A DNA stretch of 25,638 nucleotides from a virus. Lineage: Duplodnaviria > Caudoviricetes. The translations under genes and the position numbers were made by a program. Location: IMG/VR virus record IMGVR_UViG_3300032312_001125, positions 1 through 25,638 of that record, one strand, 5' to 3'. The notes under the pieces were generated by a model. It saw nothing but the letters and a program-made list of their open reading frames with translations. It had not been told where the DNA came from and did not search any database. Numbering within the stretch: the first letter of the stretch is position 1; each line of letters opens with the position of its first letter. Below, piece by piece: positions 1 to 7,608 of this stretch.

Positions 1-1
1 C

Positions 2-100
2 ATGACCTCTCCTCGCCTTGACGTCGGCCAACGCATCGGCGACTGGGCCCTATGGCTAGCCTTCTGCGCATTCTTTGCCGTGGTGATCTCTCATGGCTAA
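2..100 (+). CDS. Small putative membrane protein (32 aa, MTSPRLDVGQRIGDWALWLAFCAFFAVVISHG)
   Basis: Read by hand (too short for the ORF track); one hydrophobic segment; stop overlaps the next start (ATGGCTAA). Confidence 0.5.
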   Translation: MTSPRLDVGQRIGDWALWLAFCAFFAVVISHG

Positions 101-446
101 GATCACTCAAACTTTTGAGGCTGATCTCGGCGCCATGACCGCCGATCAAGTGATTGATCGCCTGATCGAATTGCGCAAGATCAAAGCCGCTCTGGAGGCT
201 GCCGACGCTAAGACACTGGACCGGCTTGATGAACTGGCCGATGCCGGCGAAATCGACCGTGGCGGGTTCAGTCACAACGACTGGCGGATCTCCTGGTCAG
301 TTGGCCGCAGGTCCTGGACTTACCCCGCTGGCGTTCAAAGCCTGGAGGCCCAGACCAATGCAGCCAAGGAAGCCAGCCAAGCCGACGGCAGCGCCATTGC
401 TGCCACCGGCGACTCCTTCTGGACCTTTACCCCACCCAAGCCATGA
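93..446 (+). CDS. Hypothetical phage protein (coiled-coil N-terminus)
   Basis: 117 aa ORF, ATGA overlap with the next gene. Confidence 0.75.
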   Translation: MAKITQTFEADLGAMTADQVIDRLIELRKIKAALEAADAKTLDRLDELADAGEIDRGGFSHNDWRISWSVGRRSWTYPAGVQSLEAQTNAAKEASQADGSAIAATGDSFWTFTPPKP

Positions 447-793
447 GCACCCAGAACACCACACAAAACAATCTCACCGATCGCCTGGCGAGTACGGCCA
501 CCATTGCAATCGTAAAGGATGACAAAATCGAGGACGATCCCGGCAGCTGGATCAAGCCCACGGTCACGGCTATTCAGCAGCACCTAGCTGTTGAGCTGAT
601 TGCCCTTGAGCAGCTGGCAAGGCGTCCCCTGAGCTTGCAGGACGCCGTAAAATTTATCCTTCAGGGGGTTTACAGCCCCCCGCCGCCCCCGCCAACCCTG
701 GCTCAGGCCCGGGAAGCTGATCTGGACACACCAGCGGGCAGGTACGTGGTTCGCGCATTCCTGGCGACGTTGGGGGAGGGTGGGCAGCAATGA
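443..793 (+). CDS. Hypothetical phage protein
   Basis: 116 aa ORF coupled by ATGA overlaps at both ends. Confidence 0.7.
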   Translation: MSTQNTTQNNLTDRLASTATIAIVKDDKIEDDPGSWIKPTVTAIQQHLAVELIALEQLARRPLSLQDAVKFILQGVYSPPPPPPTLAQAREADLDTPAGRYVVRAFLATLGEGGQQ

Positions 794-1185
794 CTCTCGC
801 CCTATGTATCCGCCAGCCATGGGCCAGCCTGATCCTGCTGGCCGGCAAAGACATCGAAAACCGCACATGGGAGACAAGACTGCAAAGGCGGATCTTGATC
901 CATGCGGCTAAAGGTATGACAAGAAAACAATACTTAGACGCAATGGATTTTGTCCATGCCAATTGCTTTGACAGCATTGCAAACTTGCTTGATTCCTTTG
1001 AGCCAGATAACTTGCCACGCGGCGGCATCATTGGCAGTGTAAATCTTACTGCTTGCGTTCGCCAGTCTGATTCACCATGGTTTCAGGGCCCTTATGGGTT
1101 TGTACTGCAGGATCCAAAGCCGCTGCCGTTTGTTCCCTTCAGGGGTCAGTTGGGCTTTTTTGATGTTCCTTGGGTGCGGCCATGA
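790..1185 (+). CDS. ASCH domain protein
   Basis: N-terminal ALCIRQPWASLILLAGKDIENRTW, ILIHA, GGIIGSV and PFVPFRGQLGFF motifs typical of ASCH; GGAGG upstream. Confidence 0.88.
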   Translation: MTLALCIRQPWASLILLAGKDIENRTWETRLQRRILIHAAKGMTRKQYLDAMDFVHANCFDSIANLLDSFEPDNLPRGGIIGSVNLTACVRQSDSPWFQGPYGFVLQDPKPLPFVPFRGQLGFFDVPWVRP

Positions 1186-1535
1186 ACATCCCCGCCAACA
1201 TAAGCCGTCCCATCCTCCGCACCCTGGCCCGACTGCTGGCCCCGTGGCGCACCATCCGGCGGTTGGAGAAGGAAATTCTGCTACTGCATCAAGCGCTTGG
1301 CGAAAGCGCCGTAGGGCTGCGGCAGGAGGCCGAATACCTGCGTGGCGATCTGGCGGTAGCCAGGGAGGCCGTCCGGCGCCTGGTGCGCTGGAATCTTGAA
1401 GCCTACGACAGCGAGGTGACACGGGGCGTTTACCTCTGGGCCACCCTGAACGGCATGGCGGGCCCGCTGCCGCCGCTGCCGGAGTGGCTGGCCAAGCGGG
1501 CGCAGCAGCAGGGTGACCAGAAGGCTTGCTGCTGA
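1182..1535 (+). CDS. Hypothetical coiled-coil phage protein
   Basis: Start placed at ATG 1182 (ATGA overlap with the ASCH stop); TGATG overlap with the next gene. Confidence 0.65.
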   Translation: MNIPANISRPILRTLARLLAPWRTIRRLEKEILLLHQALGESAVGLRQEAEYLRGDLAVAREAVRRLVRWNLEAYDSEVTRGVYLWATLNGMAGPLPPLPEWLAKRAQQQGDQKACC

Positions 1536-1750
1536 TGACCGCCGCAATGACGCTTCCCGCCCATATCCGCCGTTGCCCTGGCGATGGCAGCTTTGAGGAT
1601 GGCCAGCGGCACTGGCGCGAGGGGTGCGACGACTGCATGCGCCGCACCGCGCCAAGCGGGCGGGATTGGATAGACCCGCCGCCGATCATCGCCTTTGAGT
1701 GCGAGTACCGCATCGCCCCTGGCGATCTGCGCTCGGCCTCGGCACCTTGA
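1535..1750 (+). CDS. Small Cys-rich, putative Zn-binding phage protein
   Basis: RCPG...GCDDCMRR...FECEY pattern with four Cys; start at 1535 or 1547. Confidence 0.65.
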   Translation: MTAAMTLPAHIRRCPGDGSFEDGQRHWREGCDDCMRRTAPSGRDWIDPPPIIAFECEYRIAPGDLRSASAP

Positions 1751-1754
1751 CCTT

Positions 1755-2090
1755 ATGGCAAACCCCCAGAAGGCCAAGGGCGATCGGGCCGAGCTTGAGG
1801 CGGCTTCGCTGCTTGCCGATCTGCTAGGGGTGCCGGTGAGACGCAAGCTCGGCGCCGGCCGTGCTGACGACACCGGCGATCTAGACGGCGTGCCCGGCCA
1901 TGTGGTGCAGGTGGCGTCCTGGGCTGATACAGCCGCAGCAGCCAGGGTAAAGCCGAGGGAAGCCGAGCAGCAGCGCATCAACGCCAACGCCAGCCACGCG
2001 GCCACGCTGGTGCGCTTCCGGGGCGGCACCTGGCGAGTCGTGGTGACCCTTGAGCAGTGGGCCCGATACGTGGCCCTGGTCAGGCCTTGA
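1755..2090 (+). CDS. Hjc-like PD-(D/E)XK Holliday junction resolvase-like protein
   Basis: ANPQKAKGDRAELE...GDLDG...VVQV...WRVVVTLEQW matches phage Hjc-like resolvases; start at ATG 1755. Confidence 0.7.
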   Translation: MANPQKAKGDRAELEAASLLADLLGVPVRRKLGAGRADDTGDLDGVPGHVVQVASWADTAAAARVKPREAEQQRINANASHAATLVRFRGGTWRVVVTLEQWARYVALVRP

Positions 2091-2098
2091 GGCCTTGG

Positions 2099-2105
2099 CA
2101 GACTG
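2099..2105 (+). promoter_or_regulatory. Possible variant of the late promoter motif (CAGACTG)
   Basis: Intergenic, resembles TAGCCTG, with A seven bases after the hexamer as in the main motif. Confidence 0.3.
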
Positions 2106-2130
2106 TGGTGATGGTTCGTGAGGCAATGTG

Positions 2131-2772
2131 ATGGCGGGGATTCAGATCAGCGTGGACATGAGCGGCATCAACAAGGCCCAAGTATGGCTGGCGCAGATCC
2201 AAGGGCAGATGCCTTATGCAGCCAGCCGAGCACTGAATGACGCTGCCAAGAAGGTGGCCGAAGACCTGAACAGGTCCACGACTCAGTACTTTGACAGGCC
2301 GACACGGTTCACCCGGAACGCCTACCGCGTCTCTATGCGGAGCAGCAAGGCAAACCTGACGGCAGAGGTGCGGCCGAAGTCCATCCAAGAGAGCTATCTG
2401 CTCCCGTCTATCCGTGGTGGCGTCAGGCCTCAGCGACCGTCAGAGCGCAGGCTTGGCAGCATCGCCGAGGCCTACAGGCCTGGCCGTGATGCCAAGCTGA
2501 ACGCCTCAGGCAACATGAGCAAAGCTGCCGTGGTCAAGGCGCTCAAGGGTGGCGGTGATCTGTTCACCCTCAGAGACATGAAGGGCAAGCTCAGACCCGG
2601 TGTCTTTCAGAGACTGAAGGGCAAGGGCATCAGGTCCGTCTTGTCCTTCAACGATCTGCCAAACATTCCGAGGCGTTGGCCGATCGATCGCATCGCTCGC
2701 GGCAGCCTCAACGCCAGCTGGGTGCCGTTGATCAATCGCTACCTGGCCGAAGCGTTGCGGACGGCCAGGTAA
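2131..2772 (+). CDS. Basic virion morphogenesis / tail-completion-like protein (lambda gpZ / HK97 gp10-like)
   Basis: AASRALND...FDRPTRFTRNAY motif, very basic, directly upstream of the packaging region; GAGG before ATG 2131. Confidence 0.6.
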   Translation: MAGIQISVDMSGINKAQVWLAQIQGQMPYAASRALNDAAKKVAEDLNRSTTQYFDRPTRFTRNAYRVSMRSSKANLTAEVRPKSIQESYLLPSIRGGVRPQRPSERRLGSIAEAYRPGRDAKLNASGNMSKAAVVKALKGGGDLFTLRDMKGKLRPGVFQRLKGKGIRSVLSFNDLPNIPRRWPIDRIARGSLNASWVPLINRYLAEALRTAR

Positions 2773-2792
2773 CTCTCCCCCCCCCCGGTCGC

Positions 2793-2833
2793 GGGTCCTA
2801 CCTGCCACCCTCAAGCGTGGGTAACTCGCGAGC
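2793..2833 (+). other. Putative cos site: cosQ-like GGGTCCT followed by a cosN-like segment
   Basis: GGGTCCT (2793-2799) is identical to lambda cosQ; followed by GCGTGGGTAACTCGCG; lies in the intergenic gap upstream of a Nu1/GpA-type terminase. Confidence 0.6.
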
Positions 2834-2927
2834 TTGCTTTGCGGCCAGCGTCAGGCCTGACCACCCTTTAACCCAGGCCACGACAGGCAAGTGATCCCCT
2901 ACCCCCTTAATAACCGTTGCGGTTCCC

Positions 2928-2955
2928 TAAGTTAAGACTGGGGCTTCTTAACTTA
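2928..2955. repeat. Perfect 10-bp inverted repeat TAAGTTAAGA-n8-TCTTAACTTA; candidate TerS-binding site or operator
   Basis: Arms at 2928-2937 and 2946-2955, AT-rich in a GC-rich genome, ending 5 nt before the terS ATG. Confidence 0.7.
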
Positions 2956-2960
2956 AGCGA

Positions 2961-3518
2961 ATGCCACTGGTCACGCAGTCCGAATACGCCAAGCTCCGTG
3001 GCTGCAGCGAGGCCGCCGTCAGCACCGCAAGAAAGAAGCGGATCAAAGCGGCTGAGGTGATCCAGGGCGGCAAGTTGCTGATTGATTCGGAGATGGCAGA
3101 TGACCTGTGGGCCCGCAACAGCAGGCCTCGCCGCGGCGGCAACCTGCCCAAGGATCCACATCCAGCCAAGGTCAAACCGCCGCCACCGGCCAGCCTGCCC
3201 ACCGATGCGCAGCTACTGGCGCTGGTGCAGGGACTACCGGAAGATCAGGTCCCCGATCTGATCGACAGCCAGCGCCGGAAGGAGCACTACCTCGCTGAGC
3301 GCGCCAAAGTTGCGGCGCTGCGGGAGCGCGAAGAGGTGGGACCAATCCGCGAGATGGAGCGCGAAGCGTTTGCGCTGGCAAAGTCCGTGCGGGAGGTGAT
3401 GCTGTCGATCATCCCCAGGATCAGCGCGGACCTTGCCGCCCTGGGCGATCGGTTTGAGGTGGAGCAGCTGCTTGAGGCCGAGGTGATCACGGCGCTGCGG
3501 GTGCTGGCCGATGGCTGA
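2961..3518 (+). CDS. terS: Terminase small subunit (Nu1-like)
   Basis: N-terminal HTH-like VTQSEYAKLRGCSEAAVS, C-terminal coiled coil, overlaps the terL start. Confidence 0.85.
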   Translation: MPLVTQSEYAKLRGCSEAAVSTARKKRIKAAEVIQGGKLLIDSEMADDLWARNSRPRRGGNLPKDPHPAKVKPPPPASLPTDAQLLALVQGLPEDQVPDLIDSQRRKEHYLAERAKVAALREREEVGPIREMEREAFALAKSVREVMLSIIPRISADLAALGDRFEVEQLLEAEVITALRVLADG

Positions 3519-5412
3519 CGCGGCAGCGGCCTATCGGCAGGCGTTCCTGAATGGACTCAGGCCAGAGAGTCTGGGCACCGTGAGCGAATGGGCCGACCAG
3601 TACAGAAAACTGAGCGGCGTGGGCTGCCCAGAGCCGGGCCTGTGGCGCACCAGCCGGACCCCGTACCTCCGCGAACCGATGGACACGCTGAGCGCCAGCA
3701 GCAGGTTTCGGCGGGTGGTGCTGGTGTTCGGCAGCCAGCTGGGCAAGACGGAAGCGGGCCTCAATTGGCTGGGCTATGTGATCCACTGGCGGCCGGCGCC
3801 AACCCTGCTGGTGGTGCCGACCCTGGAGATGGCCAAGCGGCTGAACCGACAACGGCTGGAGCCCTTCTGCCGTGAGACGCCGGTGATCGCCGAGCGGATC
3901 CCACCGCCGCGCAGTAGGGACAGCGGCAACAGCGCATTTCTGAAGCTGTTCCCAGGTGGACTCTTCGTGCTCACCGGGGCCAACTCAGCAGCGTCGGCCC
4001 AGTCAATGCCAGCGGCCAACCTGTTCGCCGACGAGGTGAGCAGCTACCCCCTGGAGCTCGACGACAAGGGCGACCCGCTGGAGAACTTTGAGAGCAGAAC
4101 CGCCAACTTCCCGCGGGGCAAGACGCTGATCACCAGCACCCCGGGCGAGGCCGAAGCGTGTCGGGTGACGAAGGAGTTCGAGACCCGATCTGATCGCCGC
4201 CGGTTTCACCTTCCCTGCCCAGCCTGCGGTGAAATGCAGACTCTGATCTGGCCGCAGTTTAAGTGGGACAAGCCAGACGGTGAGGTGCGGTACGAGTGCA
4301 TCCACTGCAGTGAGCGATTTGAGGAGCGGCACAAGGCGCGGATGCTGCCGGCTGGTGTGTGGGTGCCGACCGCTGCAGGCGATGGCATGACGGCTGGTTT
4401 TCACCTGCCCGGGTGGTATGCGCCGCTGGGCTGGAAGAGCTGGGGCGAGATCCGTGATGAGTTCCTGAGGGCCAAGGCTGACCGGGTGCTGCTCAAGGGT
4501 TGGGTGAACAAGCGAGCGGCCGAACCCTGGCGCGATGAGATCGAGAACCAGTTCAATGCCGAGGGCCTGGCCAAGCGTCGCCAGGACACCGAGGCTGGCA
4601 ACGGCTATCCCGTCGGCAGTGTGCCCAAAGGCGTGCTGGTGATCACCGCTGGCGTTGACGTTCAAGGCGGTGGCGGATCACTGGGTGAGCGGCTGGTGGT
4701 GACCTTCTGGGGCTGGGGCAAGGGCGAAGAGGGCTGGCACCTGGGCCACTTTGAGATCCACGGCGACCCCCAGCAGCAGGAGGTATGGCAGCAGCTCGAC
4801 AACATCGCCGCAACCACCTGGCGCCGCGACGACGGCCAGCAGATGCGCATGGCACTGGGCGGCATCGATGACGGCGGCCTGGCCACAGTGGCGGTTCGCA
4901 ACTTCTGCCGCACCCGGCACACAGCCTGGGTGCCGATGAAGGGCAACGGTGAGAAGGGCAAAGCGCTGATCGGCAAGGGCTCACCGATTGACGTGAACGG
5001 AAAGAACAAGACGGTTCAGAAGCGTGGCCTGCTGCTCTACATCGTCGGCACTGACACCAGCATCACGCACCTTCAAGGCCGGCTGCGCAATGAGCAGCCG
5101 GGCTCCGGCTATCTCCACCTCGGCGCGTGCAGCAGTGATCAATTCCTAGACGAGATTTTTCCCTGGAAGCGTCGAGCTAAGGTGGTGAAGGGCTTCACCC
5201 AGTACGAATGGCACTTGCCAAACGGCGCGCATGACGAAGCCGGCGACTGCACCCGCATGTCTTACGCCGCCTTGCAGCTGGTGGTCCGCCGCTACAACCG
5301 GGCCACGATGTGGGATCAGCTGGAGTCGCAGCTCGCCAAGCCAGCCGCACCCCAGCGCCAAGCCAGGCCGAGCACGCCGGCCCGCTCGGGTGGTTTCGTG
5401 TCTGGCTGGTAA
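3511..5412 (+). CDS. terL: Terminase large subunit, lambda GpA family
   Basis: VSEWAD, RTPYLREPMD, Walker A GSQLGKTE, Walker B LFADEV, STP motif, CPAC/CIHC Zn site, TAGVDVQ nuclease motif. Confidence 0.97.
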   Translation: MADAAAAYRQAFLNGLRPESLGTVSEWADQYRKLSGVGCPEPGLWRTSRTPYLREPMDTLSASSRFRRVVLVFGSQLGKTEAGLNWLGYVIHWRPAPTLLVVPTLEMAKRLNRQRLEPFCRETPVIAERIPPPRSRDSGNSAFLKLFPGGLFVLTGANSAASAQSMPAANLFADEVSSYPLELDDKGDPLENFESRTANFPRGKTLITSTPGEAEACRVTKEFETRSDRRRFHLPCPACGEMQTLIWPQFKWDKPDGEVRYECIHCSERFEERHKARMLPAGVWVPTAAGDGMTAGFHLPGWYAPLGWKSWGEIRDEFLRAKADRVLLKGWVNKRAAEPWRDEIENQFNAEGLAKRRQDTEAGNGYPVGSVPKGVLVITAGVDVQGGGGSLGERLVVTFWGWGKGEEGWHLGHFEIHGDPQQQEVWQQLDNIAATTWRRDDGQQMRMALGGIDDGGLATVAVRNFCRTRHTAWVPMKGNGEKGKALIGKGSPIDVNGKNKTVQKRGLLLYIVGTDTSITHLQGRLRNEQPGSGYLHLGACSSDQFLDEIFPWKRRAKVVKGFTQYEWHLPNGAHDEAGDCTRMSYAALQLVVRRYNRATMWDQLESQLAKPAAPQRQARPSTPARSGGFVSGW

Positions 5413-5418
5413 ATCAGG

Positions 5419-5431
5419 CTTCCTAGCCTGA
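5419..5431 (+). promoter_or_regulatory. Putative late promoter CTTCCTAGCCTGA, copy 1 (predicted leaderless transcript)
   Basis: TAGCCT at 5424-5429, 6 nt before ATG 5436; also lies in an inverted repeat TCAGGCT-TCCT-AGCCTGA. Confidence 0.7.
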
Positions 5432-5435
5432 GCCT

Positions 5436-6011
5436 ATGACAGTCCCTGCGACAATCCGCGCCGGTGACACGGTGGCATGGGTGGAGCCGGCTGCGCTCGA
5501 CCTCGACTGCAACGCCGCCACCTCAGCGGTCTGGACGTTCACCACCTTCCTGCGTTTCAACACCGCCAGCGAAGGCGCCACGGTGACCGGCACGGCCCGC
5601 GCCGATGGCGGCTGGGACATGGCGATCAGTGCCACCACATCCGCCGCCTTCGATGCCGGCACCTGGAGCTGGCAAAGCCGAATCACCAGCGGCGCCACGG
5701 TGATCACCGTGGGAGCTGGCAGCTTCCGGGTGCTGGCCAGCCTGAGCTATGCCGGCAGCCCGGACGCGTTCGATGGTCGCAGCCAGGCCGAGGTAGAACT
5801 CGACGAGGTGCGCGCCGCGATCCGCGCCATCGTGACCAAGGGATTTAAGAGCTACACGATCGGCAGCAGGCGTTTCGATGCTGCCGACCTAGGCCAGTTG
5901 ATGCAGCGCGAATCGCAGCTCAAAGCAATCGTGGCTCGCGAGAAAGCCGCTGAGAAGGTGGCCGCCGGCCTGGGTAATCCGCACTCGCTCTACGTGAGGT
6001 TTGGGCGATGA
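5436..6011 (+). CDS. Head-tail joining protein, gpW-like C-terminus with an extra N-terminal beta-rich domain
   Basis: Between terL and portal; SYTIGSRRFDAADLGQLMQRESQL is gpW-like. Confidence 0.75.
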   Translation: MTVPATIRAGDTVAWVEPAALDLDCNAATSAVWTFTTFLRFNTASEGATVTGTARADGGWDMAISATTSAAFDAGTWSWQSRITSGATVITVGAGSFRVLASLSYAGSPDAFDGRSQAEVELDEVRAAIRAIVTKGFKSYTIGSRRFDAADLGQLMQRESQLKAIVAREKAAEKVAAGLGNPHSLYVRFGR

Positions 6012-7561
6012 GCAAGCGCAAGGGCAAGCAGGCCCAGCAGCAGGCCCCGGCCACCCCCCGCCGCGGCCGGCGCGCCTATGAAGGCGCCCTGGTGTCGCGC
6101 CTCACGGCTGACTGGGTGACGAGTTCCACCAGTGCCGACGCGGAGATCGATGGCAGCCTGGTGCGGCTGCGCAATCGCTCACGGCAGCTGCTCAGAGACA
6201 ACCCCTACGTGCAGGCAGCGCGCCGGGCGATCGTCACCAACGTGATCGGCTGCGGTATCCGGATGCAGTCGCGCGTTCCGATGGTGCCCGGCAATGGTCG
6301 GCTGGACAAGCCAACCAACGACCGCATCGAGGCTTGGTGGCGCCGCTACTGCCGCAAGGAGCACATCCACGCCGCCGGCAAGCTGTCGTTTGCGCGGATC
6401 CTGCGGCAGGCCATGGCCGCCGTTCCCGAATCGGGCGAGGTGTTCATCCGCCTAGTACCCGAGGCGTTCGGCAACAGCGGCACACCGCTTGGCCTGGAAA
6501 TTCTTGAAGCTGATCTCTGCGACGAGACGCACACCGTCGGCCCTGATGTCAACGGCAACGAGTGGCGCATGGGCGTTCAGGTCAGCCGCTGGGGGCGGCC
6601 CACCGCCTACCGCTTCCGCCTTCGCCACCCTGGCGACGTGTCAGGTGCCGTCGGCTACCAGACTGCCGACGTGCCTGCTGAGCAGATTATCCACCTGTTT
6701 ATCCCTGAGCGACCCGGCCAGACCAGAGGGGTTCCATGGTTTGCCAGCAGCATCAAGCGGATGCACCACGTCGCCGGATTTGAGGAGGCTGAGGTGGTCG
6801 GCAAGCGCGCGCGCTCCAGCCTGATGGGGTTCATCCAGAGCCCTGAAGGCGAGCTCGTCGGCGATGGCGTGGAGGATGGCGAGCGGCTGACCAATTTCGA
6901 GCCCGGTGTCTTCAAGCACCTGGCGGCCGGCGAGGAGGTTGTAGTGCCTCAGCTGGGCAACGCCGACACCGAATACGAAGCCTTCCTGCGGCCCATGCTG
7001 CGTTCGTTGGCCGCCGGCTCCGGCGTGCCCTATCCCACGGTGAGCGCGGATTACAGCCAGTCCAACTACAGCAGCAGCCGACTTGAGCGGCTGGAGGTGC
7101 TGGAGCTCTGGCGCAGCCTGCAGGATTGGATTATCGAAGACGTGTGTCAGGTCGTTTTTGAGCGTGCGATGGCCGCTGCTGTTGGCGCCGGCATCCTGCA
7201 GCTCCCGGGCTACGACCTGGCTCCAGAGCGCTACGAGGCGGTGAAGTGGTTCCCGCGCGGCTGGGAGTTTGTGGACCCGCAGAAAGAAGCAGCGGCCAAC
7301 AAGGACTTGGTCCGCTCCGGCTTCAAGACGCAGGCGCAGATCGTGGGCGAGCAAGGCGGCGACCTGGAGGACCTGCTTCTGGCGCGCGCCGCTGAGGTAA
7401 AGCGGGCTGAGCAGCTGGGCATCCAGTTCGACACCAACCCCGCCGACGACTTGCAAGGCGGGTCCCCCTACGCCGAGCCGGAAACGGACGACGAGGTGGA
7501 AGATCCCAGCAAGCCGGACTCCGACGACGACGCAGACGACCCGAAGAACGTTTTGACATGA
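6008..7561 (+). CDS. Portal protein, lambda family
   Basis: YEGA...LRNRSRQLLRDNPY, RPGQTRGVPW, DYSQSNYSSSR, VDPQKE motifs; acidic C-terminal tail. Confidence 0.96.
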   Translation: MSKRKGKQAQQQAPATPRRGRRAYEGALVSRLTADWVTSSTSADAEIDGSLVRLRNRSRQLLRDNPYVQAARRAIVTNVIGCGIRMQSRVPMVPGNGRLDKPTNDRIEAWWRRYCRKEHIHAAGKLSFARILRQAMAAVPESGEVFIRLVPEAFGNSGTPLGLEILEADLCDETHTVGPDVNGNEWRMGVQVSRWGRPTAYRFRLRHPGDVSGAVGYQTADVPAEQIIHLFIPERPGQTRGVPWFASSIKRMHHVAGFEEAEVVGKRARSSLMGFIQSPEGELVGDGVEDGERLTNFEPGVFKHLAAGEEVVVPQLGNADTEYEAFLRPMLRSLAAGSGVPYPTVSADYSQSNYSSSRLERLEVLELWRSLQDWIIEDVCQVVFERAMAAAVGAGILQLPGYDLAPERYEAVKWFPRGWEFVDPQKEAAANKDLVRSGFKTQAQIVGEQGGDLEDLLLARAAEVKRAEQLGIQFDTNPADDLQGGSPYAEPETDDEVEDPSKPDSDDDADDPKNVLT

Positions 7562-7576
7562 GCGATGAGATCAGAG

Positions 7577-7588
7577 TGCCTAGCCTGA
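7577..7588 (+). promoter_or_regulatory. Putative late promoter TGCCTAGCCTGA, copy 2
   Basis: TAGCCT at 7581-7586, upstream of ATG 7609 of the protease-capsid gene. Confidence 0.65.
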
Positions 7589-7608
7589 GCGCAGGAAACG
7601 CCGCGCCA

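Noticed and set aside
55-63. GCTAGCCTT as another promoter copy
   Set aside because: Flanks differ on both sides and it lies inside a probable small gene
7553-7558. Perfect TTGACA upstream of promoter copy 2
   Set aside because: 22-nt spacer to TAGCCT is too long, and the other copies lack it
7558-7608. ORF-track start of the capsid gene at 7558
   Set aside because: The extension contains the promoter motif, so 7609 is preferred; 7558 could still be used on read-through mRNA
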